Positions 1 through 11,821 of a stretch of DNA of 64,000 bases are shown here, piece by piece. Numbering within the stretch: position 1 is the stretch's first letter; the number at the start of each line of letters is the position of its first letter. The notes under the pieces are model-generated. The model had not been told where the DNA came from. It was given only the letters and a program-made list of their open reading frames with translations, and did no database searches. Source of the stretch: Balanoglossus misakiensis (lineage: Eukaryota > Animalia > Hemichordata); contig CM082592.2 in NCBI GenBank assembly GCA_040954595.2, positions 4,976,735-5,040,734 on the forward strand. The letters run 5' to 3'. The position numbers were made by a program, and so were the translations under genes.

Positions 1-90
1 CAAGTACTATCATACATGAAAAGTGCAAAATAGCTTGAAAATCTATATGGAAGATTTGAAAATAACCACTTTATTTTGACTTTATTGCAG

Positions 91-564
91 ATGTCGATAT
101 CCCTAGCAACAGACAGCGAAGACGACTCGGAGAATTCTCTCAACCAGTCGTCTTGGGAGTCCAGCTGTTCAGTCAGCAACAACGCAGATGCAAGCGGTCA
201 GCAGACAAGTGGCGCAAACAGCGACGTGACGAGAGAAGTCAGTGATGACCTGTTGAGGGCGCCAAACAGCTACTACGCTGGCAGGTTGGTGCACAGGGTG
301 TCTCCTGTACACTTCCTCAGCCAGTGCCGGGGAAGGACAGTCGACAATGATAATGATCATGATAATGATGATGATGATGATGGTAATGATGACCTCTCCT
401 CTGTTGGTGACGTCACCGAGGAAAGCGATTCGCAGCGACACGACAGCGGAGAGACGAGAACGTCATCGCGAACCGCCATGGATGTCCTCACCACGCCGTC
501 TGTGGACATTGTATTTGCTGCAGCTATGGTGGGGTTACTCCTCCACGGACCTCTGCGATTCTAA
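91..564 (+). CDS. 3'-terminal exon of an upstream gene: acidic Ser/Asp-rich low-complexity region ending in a hydrophobic segment (candidate tail-anchored protein), function unknown
   Basis: Pyrimidine-rich acceptor ttattgcAG ending at 90; frame open to TAA at 562-564; poly-Asp from (GAT)n at about 348-390; C-terminus IVFAAAMVGLLLHGPLRF*. The rest of the gene is presumed to lie upstream of the window. Confidence 0.55.
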   Translation: MSISLATDSEDDSENSLNQSSWESSCSVSNNADASGQQTSGANSDVTREVSDDLLRAPNSYYAGRLVHRVSPVHFLSQCRGRTVDNDNDHDNDDDDDGNDDLSSVGDVTEESDSQRHDSGETRTSSRTAMDVLTTPSVDIVFAAAMVGLLLHGPLRF

Positions 565-1564
565 GGCGAGCAGCACAATTTCCTGTATTAATGCGTTGAA
601 CCATTGATCCTGTGTTGAGAAGCTAAGCAAACCACAACAAAATTATTTTAAAATTTTAGGGTGTTTTCTCTTGGATGATCTTATTTTAGGGCTGGTAATA
701 CACAGCATGAAATTGTTGGATGAATTTCTACGGTTAAGGTTGCCTATCCTACTTATTTCAGACGCCATAGTAAATCATTCATATCAACTCTCCCACATTT
801 TTAACATGGGCAGTGTGTATAATATTCCAAATACTAACCTTTGAGTTAACAGCCTAACAAGAATTTTAATCATAGATTTTTTTTACCAAAATCAAAATTT
901 GAATGTTTATCTCAGCAATGATTGAGCATGTTCCCACTTTTACTTTGACAGAATAACAGTTTCACACTTGTCAATCCTGCGAAGATATGAACAAAACTGA
1001 GATTATAGTGTCCATGGAGTAGTTTTAAGGGACGTAATCTGTTTGCGCATAATCACTGCCAGATGAATTATTTGTGAACTGCAATAATCAGTACAGAATA
1101 TATATGCATTATGTCATAATTTACCAACATTTACATTGATATCATATTTATCATCTATACTGCCATCGCAATGCTACTGTTTTAGACTTGAAATTATTAA
1201 AAAAGATCCATTGACTCAGAATGACTTGTTGTAGAAGACATGTACTACGGTACAATACATGTATGTTGAACAAAAGACAGTTGACACATCAATGTGTGTG
1301 TGTGCATGCGAGAACCTAACTTTTAATGTGTACAAACATCCTCGAAAAATAAACGCAACCAAATCAGCAAAACAAGCACCGGATAAACATGACTGCGTAT
1401 GTTCTACCCTAGTCGCACGAGGCGCATTTGTAGAACGCGCGTGCGTTGTGCGCGTCCGATTTGCGAACGTCTCGATGGTAACTCTCCGCGTGTCCATCCG
1501 CCACTGTGGAACGTCTCTACGGTAACTTGTAAACAGAACGTCATCTTCCATCGTGTTTTCAGCC

Positions 1565-3201
1565 ATGGAGGACCCTTTTGTGATACCGCTCTTGTATTTT
1601 GCGGATTTGCCGCCGGCAACGACTTTCTTTACCACGATAACTTACTTGACAATAATGTTCTATCGAAGCAATGGATGCACTTGGCCAAAACGACGCGGTA
1701 AGTGTAAAACTTGCGTTTTTAGAGAGTTTGAAAGCATGTGTCTACACCTTGAAGCAGACACTGCACCTTAGTATTCGTGTTATGATCTCCAGACTATGTT
1801 CACCGTCACTTAACTGTTTATTTCAAAATTATTTCCATTTCAGCGGGCACCAGTAAGAAATCAAAGTGCATGGACTCCAAGAAAGAGCAGAGAGAGTCCA
1901 GCGTCGATCCGCCCCATCTGCCGTTGGTTGGTAAGAATGGTAGGCGTAAAGATGGCAAGATATTGCGACCTTTGTTTGCCGATGCCTTGGGCGACCTGTT
2001 TGGCGCAAACACTCCACTGGAGACGATGATGCAAAGTCTAGTCGAATCCTCGGCAATTTCCAAGCTCCGACCATCAACTGGCGATGTTCTGTACGATCTG
2101 CTGAACGAGGTGACGACTCCACTGGAGCTGGTGATGATGGACCTGGTCGAGTCCTCGGCCATTTCCACCGCCCTCATGCAAATCGAAGTGCGTCCGCCCG
2201 AAGATCAGGACCAGGACAAAGCAGTGTCTTTGAACGACCAAGAAACCGAAGACAAGACTCCGTCTACCGAGTCGACCGATGCCTACCGCGGTCTCCTGGA
2301 GACGGTGGGTCGGGTCACCAGACCCAAGATCCCCGTCGAGAAATCCAAGTCCTGTCCCTACATCGACAAGCCAATCGTCTACTATTACGGTCCACGGCAG
2401 ACGTCCATTCACCGCATCCAATTGACCTGTTCAGCCAAGAACGAACCTTTCAACCAGCCCCTGGACCGTGGATTTGACGTTGACGTTGACGAACCGCTGG
2501 AAGATCGCCGCAAGGCCGTGCACGACCGACCTGTCACTCGTCGGGCGAATCAGATCACCTGGTCGGATGTCTTCTTAACCCCAATCTATGGCACCGTGGC
2601 GTTTATTGCAATGCTGGTGAGCTATTTCAAACACTTCTTTCCCTTGACAACACAAGTCCGTGTTCGTTCATTCCTGCATGATTTCTACCGTAACGAAATC
2701 TGTCACAAAGGAACCATCTGTTTTAAAATCTAACCATTCGAATCTCTCTTGTCCCCAATGTAGATGACTATGACACTAGTTTTCCTGGTGTATGTACGAC
2801 TGTACGAAGACTTCTTCGACTTTGATGTGAACGTCGCGAATCCTGTTGGCAGTGTCGTGTATTCTGGATGCATCTATTTGATGCTGCAACTGGCATTGAC
2901 TGCGATCACCAACTCTTTCGCCATCAAACTCACTGATTTGGGTACGTATGAAAGTTTAATACATTTGAGATTGCCGTGAGATAAATTTTCTAGTTGTGCT
3001 GATCGTCTGTTATTTCTTTAATATTGTCTGATCGGTGGTATTCGTTCATTTCCCAACAGAAAACCACCGTGTACAGAGTGGATATGAAACATCTCTTCGC
3101 GTGAAGAAAGTACTTCTGACTCTGCTTGGCATTGTTGCCCCAGTGCTGTACGTCATCGTCAAAATTCTGATCTTCAGGTATAACTAATTATCATTACTGC
3201 T

Positions 3202-3253
<52 letters not shown>

Positions 3254-3887
3254 CTGACATCTTAATGTATCTCTTTTCTGTCTGTGTGTCTCGTTTACAC
3301 GTTTCATGTGTATGTCCGTTTATTGCTTCCAAACACAGCTGTGAATGCTTTCCACGTGCAATCTTGTAATAAGCATCTTTTTGGTTTTAAAACAGAATGC
3401 TACTGCCTGCGGATTTGACGTCAGAAATTGTGGCTTTCTTGAAACCTTTGCTGGGTGCGACCGCCAACCCGTGTTGGTTCGGCGACCTTGAAGTCGACAC
3501 CTGCCCCGTGGCACCAGACGCTGGCATGGATGAACTCGTTCGACTGGCATCACACGTGATCCTCGTTACCATAGTGACCGTGGTTGATCCTTTCAATACC
3601 AATAGTGGTGTGGGAGATGTCTTGTTTGGGAAGAGGTCAGTTTTGTTGTTTTATCAATGTCAGTAAAGTGTTATGCGTTTAGTAATATATCATTGTACAT
3701 GTATCTCTCCCATGGCCTCGTGTAGTAAGGCGTTGTAGAATTCACCTGAAATTATGTATTGGTATTCTCTGTGCATAATATTTCTTGGCATGTGGACATA
3801 GGAAATGTGTGTGTGTGTCAATCCTCGCTAATGTGTCCCATACTCTATTTCAGATTCCGGAGAGCTGTCGGCGGCAACACTTCTTAA
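1565..3887 (+). CDS. 6-exon, 491-aa membrane protein: novel N-terminal region fused to a divergent anoctamin/TMEM16 TM3-TM6 segment (truncated anoctamin-like)
   Basis: Exons 1565-1697, 1844-2616, 2764-2941, 3060-3177, 3396-3635, 3854-3887. All introns are GT-AG and the frame is continuous (1476 nt). Kozak-like cagccATGG; AATAAA at 4020-4025. The spliced product contains AIKLTDLENHRVQSGYETSLRVK (TMEM16 TM4-TM5 linker pattern LT..ENHRT...YE.SL..K) and DTCPVAPDAGMDELVRLASHVILV (like the C...GC..EL..QL..I pattern before TM6). Confidence 0.72.
3202..3252. repeat. (ATC)n microsatellite in intron 4 of the anoctamin-like gene
   Basis: Uninterrupted ATC run visible in the sequence. Confidence 0.95.
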
Positions 3888-4136
3888 TGCCAAAAGAGAC
3901 GCCCGTAACCACGACAACCATTTCTGAACGTGGCCGAGAGAATAAGCAGTTTCAGTTGTTGTCGTTTCACATTTGTAAATATTTATCGCCCCGGGTGTAT
4001 TCTCTAGGTTCTCTCCTGAAATAAAATTGTTCTTTTTGTTAAATTAAAAAGTGCGTACCACGTGTGTGTCTTTCCATCTACATTGCTATGTATATTCTCC
4101 TATTTGTGTCATGTTAAACGGGTTCATCATCATCGT

Positions 4137-4208
4137 AGCAGAGTGGCGCAGCGGAAGCGTGCTGGGCCCATAACCCAGAGGTCCATGGATCGAAACCATG
4201 CTCTGCTA
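4137..4208 (+). tRNA. tRNA-iMet-CAT: Initiator tRNA-Met (CAT)
   Basis: 72-nt AGCAGAGTGGCGCAGCGGAAGCGTGCTGGGCCCATAACCCAGAGGTCCATGGATCGAAACCATGCTCTGCTA. A1-U72 pair, GGG/CCC anticodon stem and ATCGAAA T-loop, all diagnostic of eukaryotic initiator tRNA. The T-stem CATGG/CCATG is fully paired. Confidence 0.98.
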
Positions 4209-4211
4209 ATG

Positions 4212-4216
4212 TTTTT
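4212..4216 (+). terminator. RNA polymerase III terminator (T5) of the tRNA-iMet gene
   Basis: TTTTT 3 nt after the tRNA 3' end, followed by a further T run. Confidence 0.8.
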
Positions 4217-4804
4217 ACTTTTTCACTTGAATTTGTTTTGCAAATCAACCCCTACTCATTTTTGCAGCTTCGAATGTTTAGAGTAATTAGCCCTCTGATT
4301 ATCAGACTCCTCCGGACATAAACATGGCTGCCCATTATAGATAACTGTTATTCGGATTACAAACCAAGTTATACCCCCACACAGCAATAGCACTTAGACT
4401 TTTCTTTCGCAACATATAAAAATATCATTTAATATAAATATACAAAAAGACAATATATACTTCTTCATAGATCATTTACATGGTAAAAAAGTGTTTTAAA
4501 AAGTTACATTCTTTCTGGACAAAAAAGAACAAGTTACGTAGTCGTTTTGCTGACTGGTCGACTTATTTCAGCTTTTCCCACCGTGGTTATTGTCTTTCTA
4601 CAATACGAGTGAGCCTTCATAAAATATGGTTTCGAAACGAGTCGTCGTTTTTCGTTTGAAAACGCTGCGCAAGTTTAAACGTTGTTTAAAAGGGTATATG
4701 TGTGAAACGATGACGGAACAATTCTCATAAACAGCGCAAAGACATGGTTCACAAAATAAAATAAATTATGTTTCTTGTATAAATATTGCTGTCTCTGCGT
4801 TTCA

Positions 4805-7800
4805 TTACATGAAAAGAGCCGCGGCGACGGTGACTAGGAGTTGGAGTATCGTCATTTTCAGGTTCGACGCCGCTGAGAGATATCCTTCGTCGCCCCCATC
4901 GGTGTCTTCTTCCTCCCCGTCGTCTTTTTCCTGCAGGCTGCCGCACCCGAACCAATCCCTGCTGACGCTGCGAGGGTAACCCGGTGCAACTGTCATGGAG
5001 ACGGCGTCGAACTGCCAGTAGTTGTCACCCTTGAAGAAGTACGTGTAACCTAGAAAGAGGGAAAGAGTGCGTGCATGTTAAAACCAGTTCAGTACTAGTG
5101 GCACGGAACGACGTGTAGTCCGTTACAGGTTCAAGTAAAAGCTCGGACATGAACGACGGCTAGATATCGGAATTTTTTTTTTCTGTTCCCTTACCATCGT
5201 CCCATTCAAATGCAGCGTCAATTCCATTAGGGATCCCTTCCCAGTTTTCGGAGATCAACTTGGGATATCCGGGATCGACTTGTTGATTGTACTCGTCATA
5301 CCGCCAGTACTGCTTCCCCTTGAAGAAGTAGGTTTTTCCATTTCGTCCCCAGACGAGAGCGGCATTGATGTTATACGGCAGGCCGAGGTTTCTGAGGTAC
5401 TGTTCACCCGAGCCATCGGGGTAGTTGGCTCTATACTGCATGTATTTAGAATCTACGAGGATAGACAGTGGTGATCAGAATTAGAAACGATAGCATATGA
5501 TGTCGTTTTCATTGACAAAAGTTCAGAACAAAACGCCATAAAAATAAGATGTGACTCAAAATATTTCAATGTCTGGAAATCCTATGCAGTTCTTGATTAA
5601 TCTGTTCAATTCGCCATTTGGTATATAGCGTTAAAAATGTGATGATAGATTTGGGATACTGAACTCACCTTTGAGGAAGATAATTCTGTAGTCGTAACGC
5701 TCGTAGACGGCGTCGATACCGTACGGCAGGTCGTACCAGAAGAGTTTGATATCGTACGGGTATCCGTCCAACGCTTTCCCCTTGGTTCTCATTCTCCAGA
5801 ACACGTCGTCCTGAAACGGTAGAAAAGTAGGCGTAAAACGTAATGATACTGCAAGTCTTCTTCGACGGATTTTACCTTCACGGTGGTAGTGACATAAAAT
5901 TAACCAACCGTGCACTGGCACGCTGCTGACGATAAATATCCAATGTTTCAGCTACTACTGTTTTCAATACTGTGAACACGTACCTTGAAAAAGAACAGCT
6001 CTCCTCTGATTTTACTGACTGCGTCGAATTCGACTGCGCACGGCTCCATGGTTGCTCTGGTTGGATCTGGTTTCATGGTCAGATCCGGCATTTTGGTCGT
6101 TGTCGAAGACGTGTCGACCCGTCGTTCACCTAACGTGAGAAAAGAAAACGACTTGGTCAAACATAGAACGTTTCAGCGTTACACATAACATTCGTTTTAT
6201 TGCTTTTCCAAGTTGCCGCGAAAGTTTTTGAAAGTTTTCATTCTTTCGTTTCATCCTCTATGAGTTAGCAAACGTACCGTAGAGGGTCTGAATGCCAAGC
6301 CTGTCGTCTTCCGGCAGTTCGTAGTCTTCCTGGTAACCTTGGTAATAGGGCGCCATCAATGCCCCGGGGACCGAAGAGTGGCCGAGACCGAGGCTGTGGC
6401 CGAACTCGTGAGCAGCGACTTGTAGGAGATTGATACCTGCAAGACGATGGCACAAAAATAAATCGAAATTCAAGAAAAGCGGTTGAATCCCTCCCAACAT
6501 TCGTCACTATTATCAACGTCGAAATTACAGCATTGTTCTGCCATGACGCCATATCTTGGGGGAAAACTGCTGTTTTTGCTTAAGAAATCCAGAACATGGA
6601 CTCACCTTCATAAGTATTGATTGTAAAAACTTCAGCATCGTCGAAATGAGCGTCGCCTCCGAGGCCCTGGCCGGGGAAATACGCATGCGCCAGAGTACCT
6701 CCTTGGCCGTCGAAGGGAGCCGCGTCGTCATGCCAACCCACCCGAAATTGGATTCTGATGTCAGCCTCCCCCTGGAAGATTTCTGTGAACTCGAGCGGTG
6801 TGACGTCCTGCCAGAAATCGAAGGCTTGGCGAATGGTTGCTCGGGTGTTTTCGGCGTTGAGGTCAGGGGAGAAATTCTCAATTCTGAGACAAGGAGAGAA
6901 GTCCTCGAGTTAATCAATGCAACATTTCATTTCTGGCTCGTTTTCTCCTATACACTTTCTTATATTTATAGTAAAACATTCCATAACAGTACACTATACT
7001 ACTGCTGACGGACAAACATATGTATATGTATAGCCAATATATGTTGTGATGTCAGAGCACGACCTCGTTATTCACAAATGTCACTTTATTTGTAAATTGG
7101 CATAGAATCTGACGTGTGACTACCCAAAGGTCGCGTGTGGCTCTTAACTCAACCCACTTAACTTCGTTGTATGCATCAAGAAAACAACCACACTGTGAAC
7201 TGAAAAGTTTTCTTAACAGGGAAACTTTTTTCAATGCGCATGCTTGATTACTGATGAAATATTAGACCCTTGTTTATGAGCACAATAAGAGAAAATGACT
7301 CGGCAGAACTTTTCAGCTTATATTAACATAGCGCCGTGAAATATTTTTACCTGTAAGTAAGGTCGTTTTTATCCCACTTGGCATTAACTAATGCGTATCT
7401 CTTCCTCCGAGCGCTTTCCGACGTCCCGACGATATCGGGCACACCGCATCGGGGTTTGCTCATCTGGGCCAGCGTGTCGGCGTCAAGTTCGCCCGTCTCG
7501 GGCAGGCCGGCAAATCGCTGCATAGTTCTGACGGCCTCTTCGAATTCTTCTCGCGTCTGCAGCTGTCCAGACTTCAGGTCGGGTGTTGGCAGGTAACCAT
7601 ATTGGCGAAGGAAGTCCTATTTGGAAAACAACGGTGCATGAGATGGGTTAGCGGTTAGGTTGGAAATTAAACAGGCGGGGTTAATAATCCAATCTCTCCA
7701 TCGGACGCAACTTTACCTACACGCGTATGTGCGCTTTGTAGCTAAAACCGTTCCTTTACTAGTATTACATTATTGTAATACAGGTACTGTGATGGGGCCT

Positions 7801-8514
7801 ATATCATTTCAGGCCTTTGTGGTTTTTGGCTTGTATGCGTGTTTACATGTGGTTTGGCATGCGTACAGTCAGTGCATTTTGGCAGAAACTGTGCCAAGAA
7901 CAGGGTGTGCCCGCGGCTTCCAAGAAAGCGGAACTTCATTGGTGGTGATTCTGCGAACTTCTTCAAAGTGAACGACATCAAACGACCGGACATGATTAAT
8001 GCCCATGGCAATGAACGAACAACCCTAAAACCCTTGGACGACATTTTATCGTGATGTGATCTGGAAGCAAGCCTATATAAACAGGGAATAGGCCTAACCT
8101 TTCTTTTTGATCAAAGAATGTTCTAAAAGTTGAATGAACGCACTCGTTTGTCTAGAACACCCCACCAGTTTCCCTGGAGTATATTGACTATTGTGGGACA
8201 TACATTTTCGCATTTTGAGTGACGCCTAAACGGGGTAAACAAGCATGATTACGTGACGCTCTGCATTCAACCAAACATGCTGGCATTTCGACAATAGAAC
8301 ATGGAGAGCACTGACCTATGACAAAGTGCATTGCAGCTAAGGGAGAAAACAACTGAGCGGGAAGGGGGGGGGGAGAGAATCATGAGAGTGTACTCACCAT
8401 TCCTCGTGCGACCGACATGTCAGGCCTCGCTGTCACGCATGGCAAAAGATAACAGCACAGCACAGAGGCAACTATGCTTATCGTAAATGATGACCGGCGA
8501 CTGTTGGTGGCCAT
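4805..8514 (-). CDS. MMP-A: GPI-type matrix metalloproteinase, MMP17/MMP25 (MT4/MT6-MMP)-like, 536 aa, 8 exons
   Basis: Exons 8398-8514, 7351-7616, 6606-6883, 6278-6436, 5984-6129, 5669-5810, 5195-5452, 4805-5049 (1611 nt, in frame). Signal peptide; GQLQTREEF prodomain (MMP17-like); cysteine switch PRCGVPD; furin site RRKR; [11 protein letters not shown] zinc motif; Met-turn ALMAP; hemopexin domain; C-terminal [23 protein letters not shown] with no cytosolic tail. Confidence 0.93.
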
Positions 8515-8683
8515 TGCAAGTAGCCAAAATATCTGTCTCTTAAAATCAAATCCTGATCAATCCAAGTCGGGACAAGCAGTTGAGAAATTTCGTGTAAATA
8601 CAAAGTGTGCACCTGGTTGCGTCTTCTCTTGTCCGTTTGCAGTTCGTTCAGCTCACTGTCTCTGATATGAGCCCACATGACGG

Positions 8684-8690
8684 TTTTATA
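8684..8690 (-). promoter_or_regulatory. Probable TATA box of MMP-A, with ETS-like AGGAA sites further upstream
   Basis: TATAAAA on the - strand about 170 bp upstream of the ATG, an Inr-like ACAGT about 25-30 bp downstream of it, and AGGAA motifs near 8740 and 8815. Confidence 0.5.
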
Positions 8691-11503
8691 GTCTAACATC
8701 TTACACAACTTCCGAATTGAAGTAGTTGTTCCTAGAAGGAGGAAACTTGTCCTTGCTACCGTGCTCACCGACTTTTTATTGTTCTTCGATATTCCGTGAA
8801 AGCACTTGGCATACAGGAAGGAAGGTGATACATTTCCTATGGGGTCAAAGGTCGTGTGTTTACATTAACAGATGACCACTGCATCACTCTCAACGTGGAG
8901 GTCTAGTCTTTACCATACATACTCGGTAACCGTTTGACCCGGGGAAGACATTTCTTAACTATGATATGTTATGTTATTTTATCACTATGTCTGCCACACA
9001 CAGTTTTCAAACAATTTAACAAAGACATCACAAACCAACAGAATGACCATACTCTCTAATAACCACATCACTTTTGTGATCCCATTCAAATTATACATTT
9101 GCAGAAATTGCAACTATGTGTCCATTAAACTGTACAGTAGTTCGTTCATTCATTCATTCATTCATTCATTCATTCATTTAGTCAGTCAGTCTTCAGTCTG
9201 TCAGTAAATCAGTCAGTCACTGGTTTCCGATTTACAACTCATGCATTGGGAAAATAATGTAACTGATACTAAACAAGCAATTGCAAGTCATATGCCAAAC
9301 CAAAGGATAACTTAAAACAATTCTGAGAAGATTGCAGGGACCGGAGTTCTTGCCTTTACGCACGGCAACAGCCAGGGTCAGTCACGGGTCACCAAGGAAA
9401 CAAACACTATACGAGTTCTGACGTCAGCATTGAGTAACAGAGTGATGCAGACTTTGACGTCATAGTCAATCTGGTAGGCCTATACTGCATTGAATTCGCC
9501 GAAGTCGAATTGAATGAGGAGAATTACAACTTTGCTTTGTTTGCGACGGTACCACACACATCGCAATACATGTAAGTTGCATTCGATGAATTTAGGCGGT
9601 ATACCTAGTGTTTTTCTAGGTTTCTCCAGGTGATCTGTGTTCAGGAAAATCATTGCCGGCCACATGTGGCTGGGTTCCAATTAGCAAATTAACCGAAGTT
9701 GTCCCCCCCCCGTCAGCGTTCGTCTGTGCTGTTCCTTTTGATTGGTGTACTGTGATAGTCTAAATCAAACACTGCATAATCTGTTGAGCTACCGCTGCCA
9801 TTTTTGGAGAAAAAAAGAGACACCGGACTTCTGTCGAAACTAAACCCTTTAGAAATTCCCATGAATGTTAAAACCACAAATTTGCGTTTTTCTTCGATTT
9901 GGTCGACGTGGGGGAAGTTGGAGGGACCGGATGTCTTAATGATCCCAGTTCACAAAACATGACTAGGGGCATTGGTCTGCACCCGTCTTACGTATTCGCA
10001 CCCGGTTTGAGTAACTCGTCTTTTTAAGTTCAGCTCACAATCCTGTAGTTGACTATGACGGGTAAGTTTTTGCTGTATAGTTCATTAGCTGTTGTAGACA
10101 ACGTCTGGGGTATCCGCCATGATCCGTCTGTCTGATCATGGTATATCTGTCATTCTGACTGTCTGTCTGTCTGTAACTCAGTCTTTCTATCTGTGTGTCA
10201 TTCATTCTATTTATTCATTTATATGTCTGTCTGTCTGTCTGTCCGCCCGCCCGTCTGTCTGTCTGCCTGCCTGCCTGCCTGAATGCCTGTTTGTTTAACA
10301 AATTGGCTTTATTCATTTACTATGGCTTTCAACAGACGAAGCCCAATAACCCGATGCATATAAAAAGTGAAAGTCAAAATGAATGACGACAACAGCAAGG
10401 CTAGACCACGGACACGATTCATGTACGCACAGTAAACCCAAAATTCCAACATGCTATCATGAACTACATCTCATGAGATTATGTTTCTCAAGAAGAGATA
10501 AAGGTATTTTAAAAAACACTTGCGAACAAATCGTCATCAAAACGATAACAGCCATGAAATGATCACACGAACAAAAGGGTGTATTGGACAATACCATCGT
10601 CTATTGACATTTTTATTTATATATCTCCAATAGGCAAGATAAAAGTTTGTGTATTGTGCAAATAAACTTTGCCTAGTATAAAATGTCTTGATTGAAGTGT
10701 CCCCCTCACGGCTTGACAATCTCTCTCACCCTGTTTGTATTGCTTAGTCACGTGAGACGCAGTGTTCAGCGAAGTAGAAATAAATCATCAGCCACATTCG
10801 CTCTGCGCCTTCCCTCAACCACGTGATTCTCAAAATGACGTCATGATTCAGCACTGGTACAGGTGCGTAACAGTACGACTGACAGTTTCGGTAGCATTTC
10901 AAAATCAGGGATCGTTTGATTAACAATAATAACAAAAAAAACTGAATGAAAGATAACAAATAAAACCATGTTGTTGAACGCAAAACTCCTTGCCTGCAAG
11001 GATTTCTTTAATAAAATAAACTTATAAAGGCTCTGTCATTAAAAAATAAATACAATGGCTAACGGCATTTACGAATTGTCACCTCGTGTTCAACGGAATT
11101 TTCATGATTTTCTCTCATTTACTAGGCACGAAATTGTTGTGTTGATGTTAATTGCTCTAACTTGTGCTCATACATATAGTGTTGTAAATATACGCCTATA
11201 TACATTTGAATATAAATTAATGATAGGCAAAACAATGTACATCTCTGTACATGATGCGAAAATCTTCACGGTACCCGTTAAGAGAAGAAAGTTTGTTGTT
11301 GGTCGATTCATAAATCTAGTTTTCATAGGGTATGTTCACTTACTAAAATATACATTTACTAGTCAAGATGAAAATGCCACATTCTTTTCAAAACACAACG
11401 TAAAGTACACTGGCCGAGACAAGAGTAGTTGCAATGAGGTCACACGCGATAAGAGATGCCTTCTGTAAATGTCGTTGCCTCCCGTCGCCATCTTGTCACG
11501 GTG

Positions 11504-11746
11504 TTAAAGGAACAAAACCAATATGGCGGCCAGTGGCAGTAGAAGTGACGCGACTTTCAAGTTTGCGGCTGTCGACAGGTATCCTTCGTCGATCTCGTTC
11601 GTTTCCTCTTCTCTGTCCCTCTCTTGTGCCAGATTGCCACACCCGAACCAGTCACGTGACACGCTGCGTGGGTAACCCGGGACGACGCTCATCGACAAGG
11701 AATCGAACTGCCAGTATTTGTCACCCTTGAAAAAGTATGTGTAACC

Positions 11747-11821
<75 letters not shown>

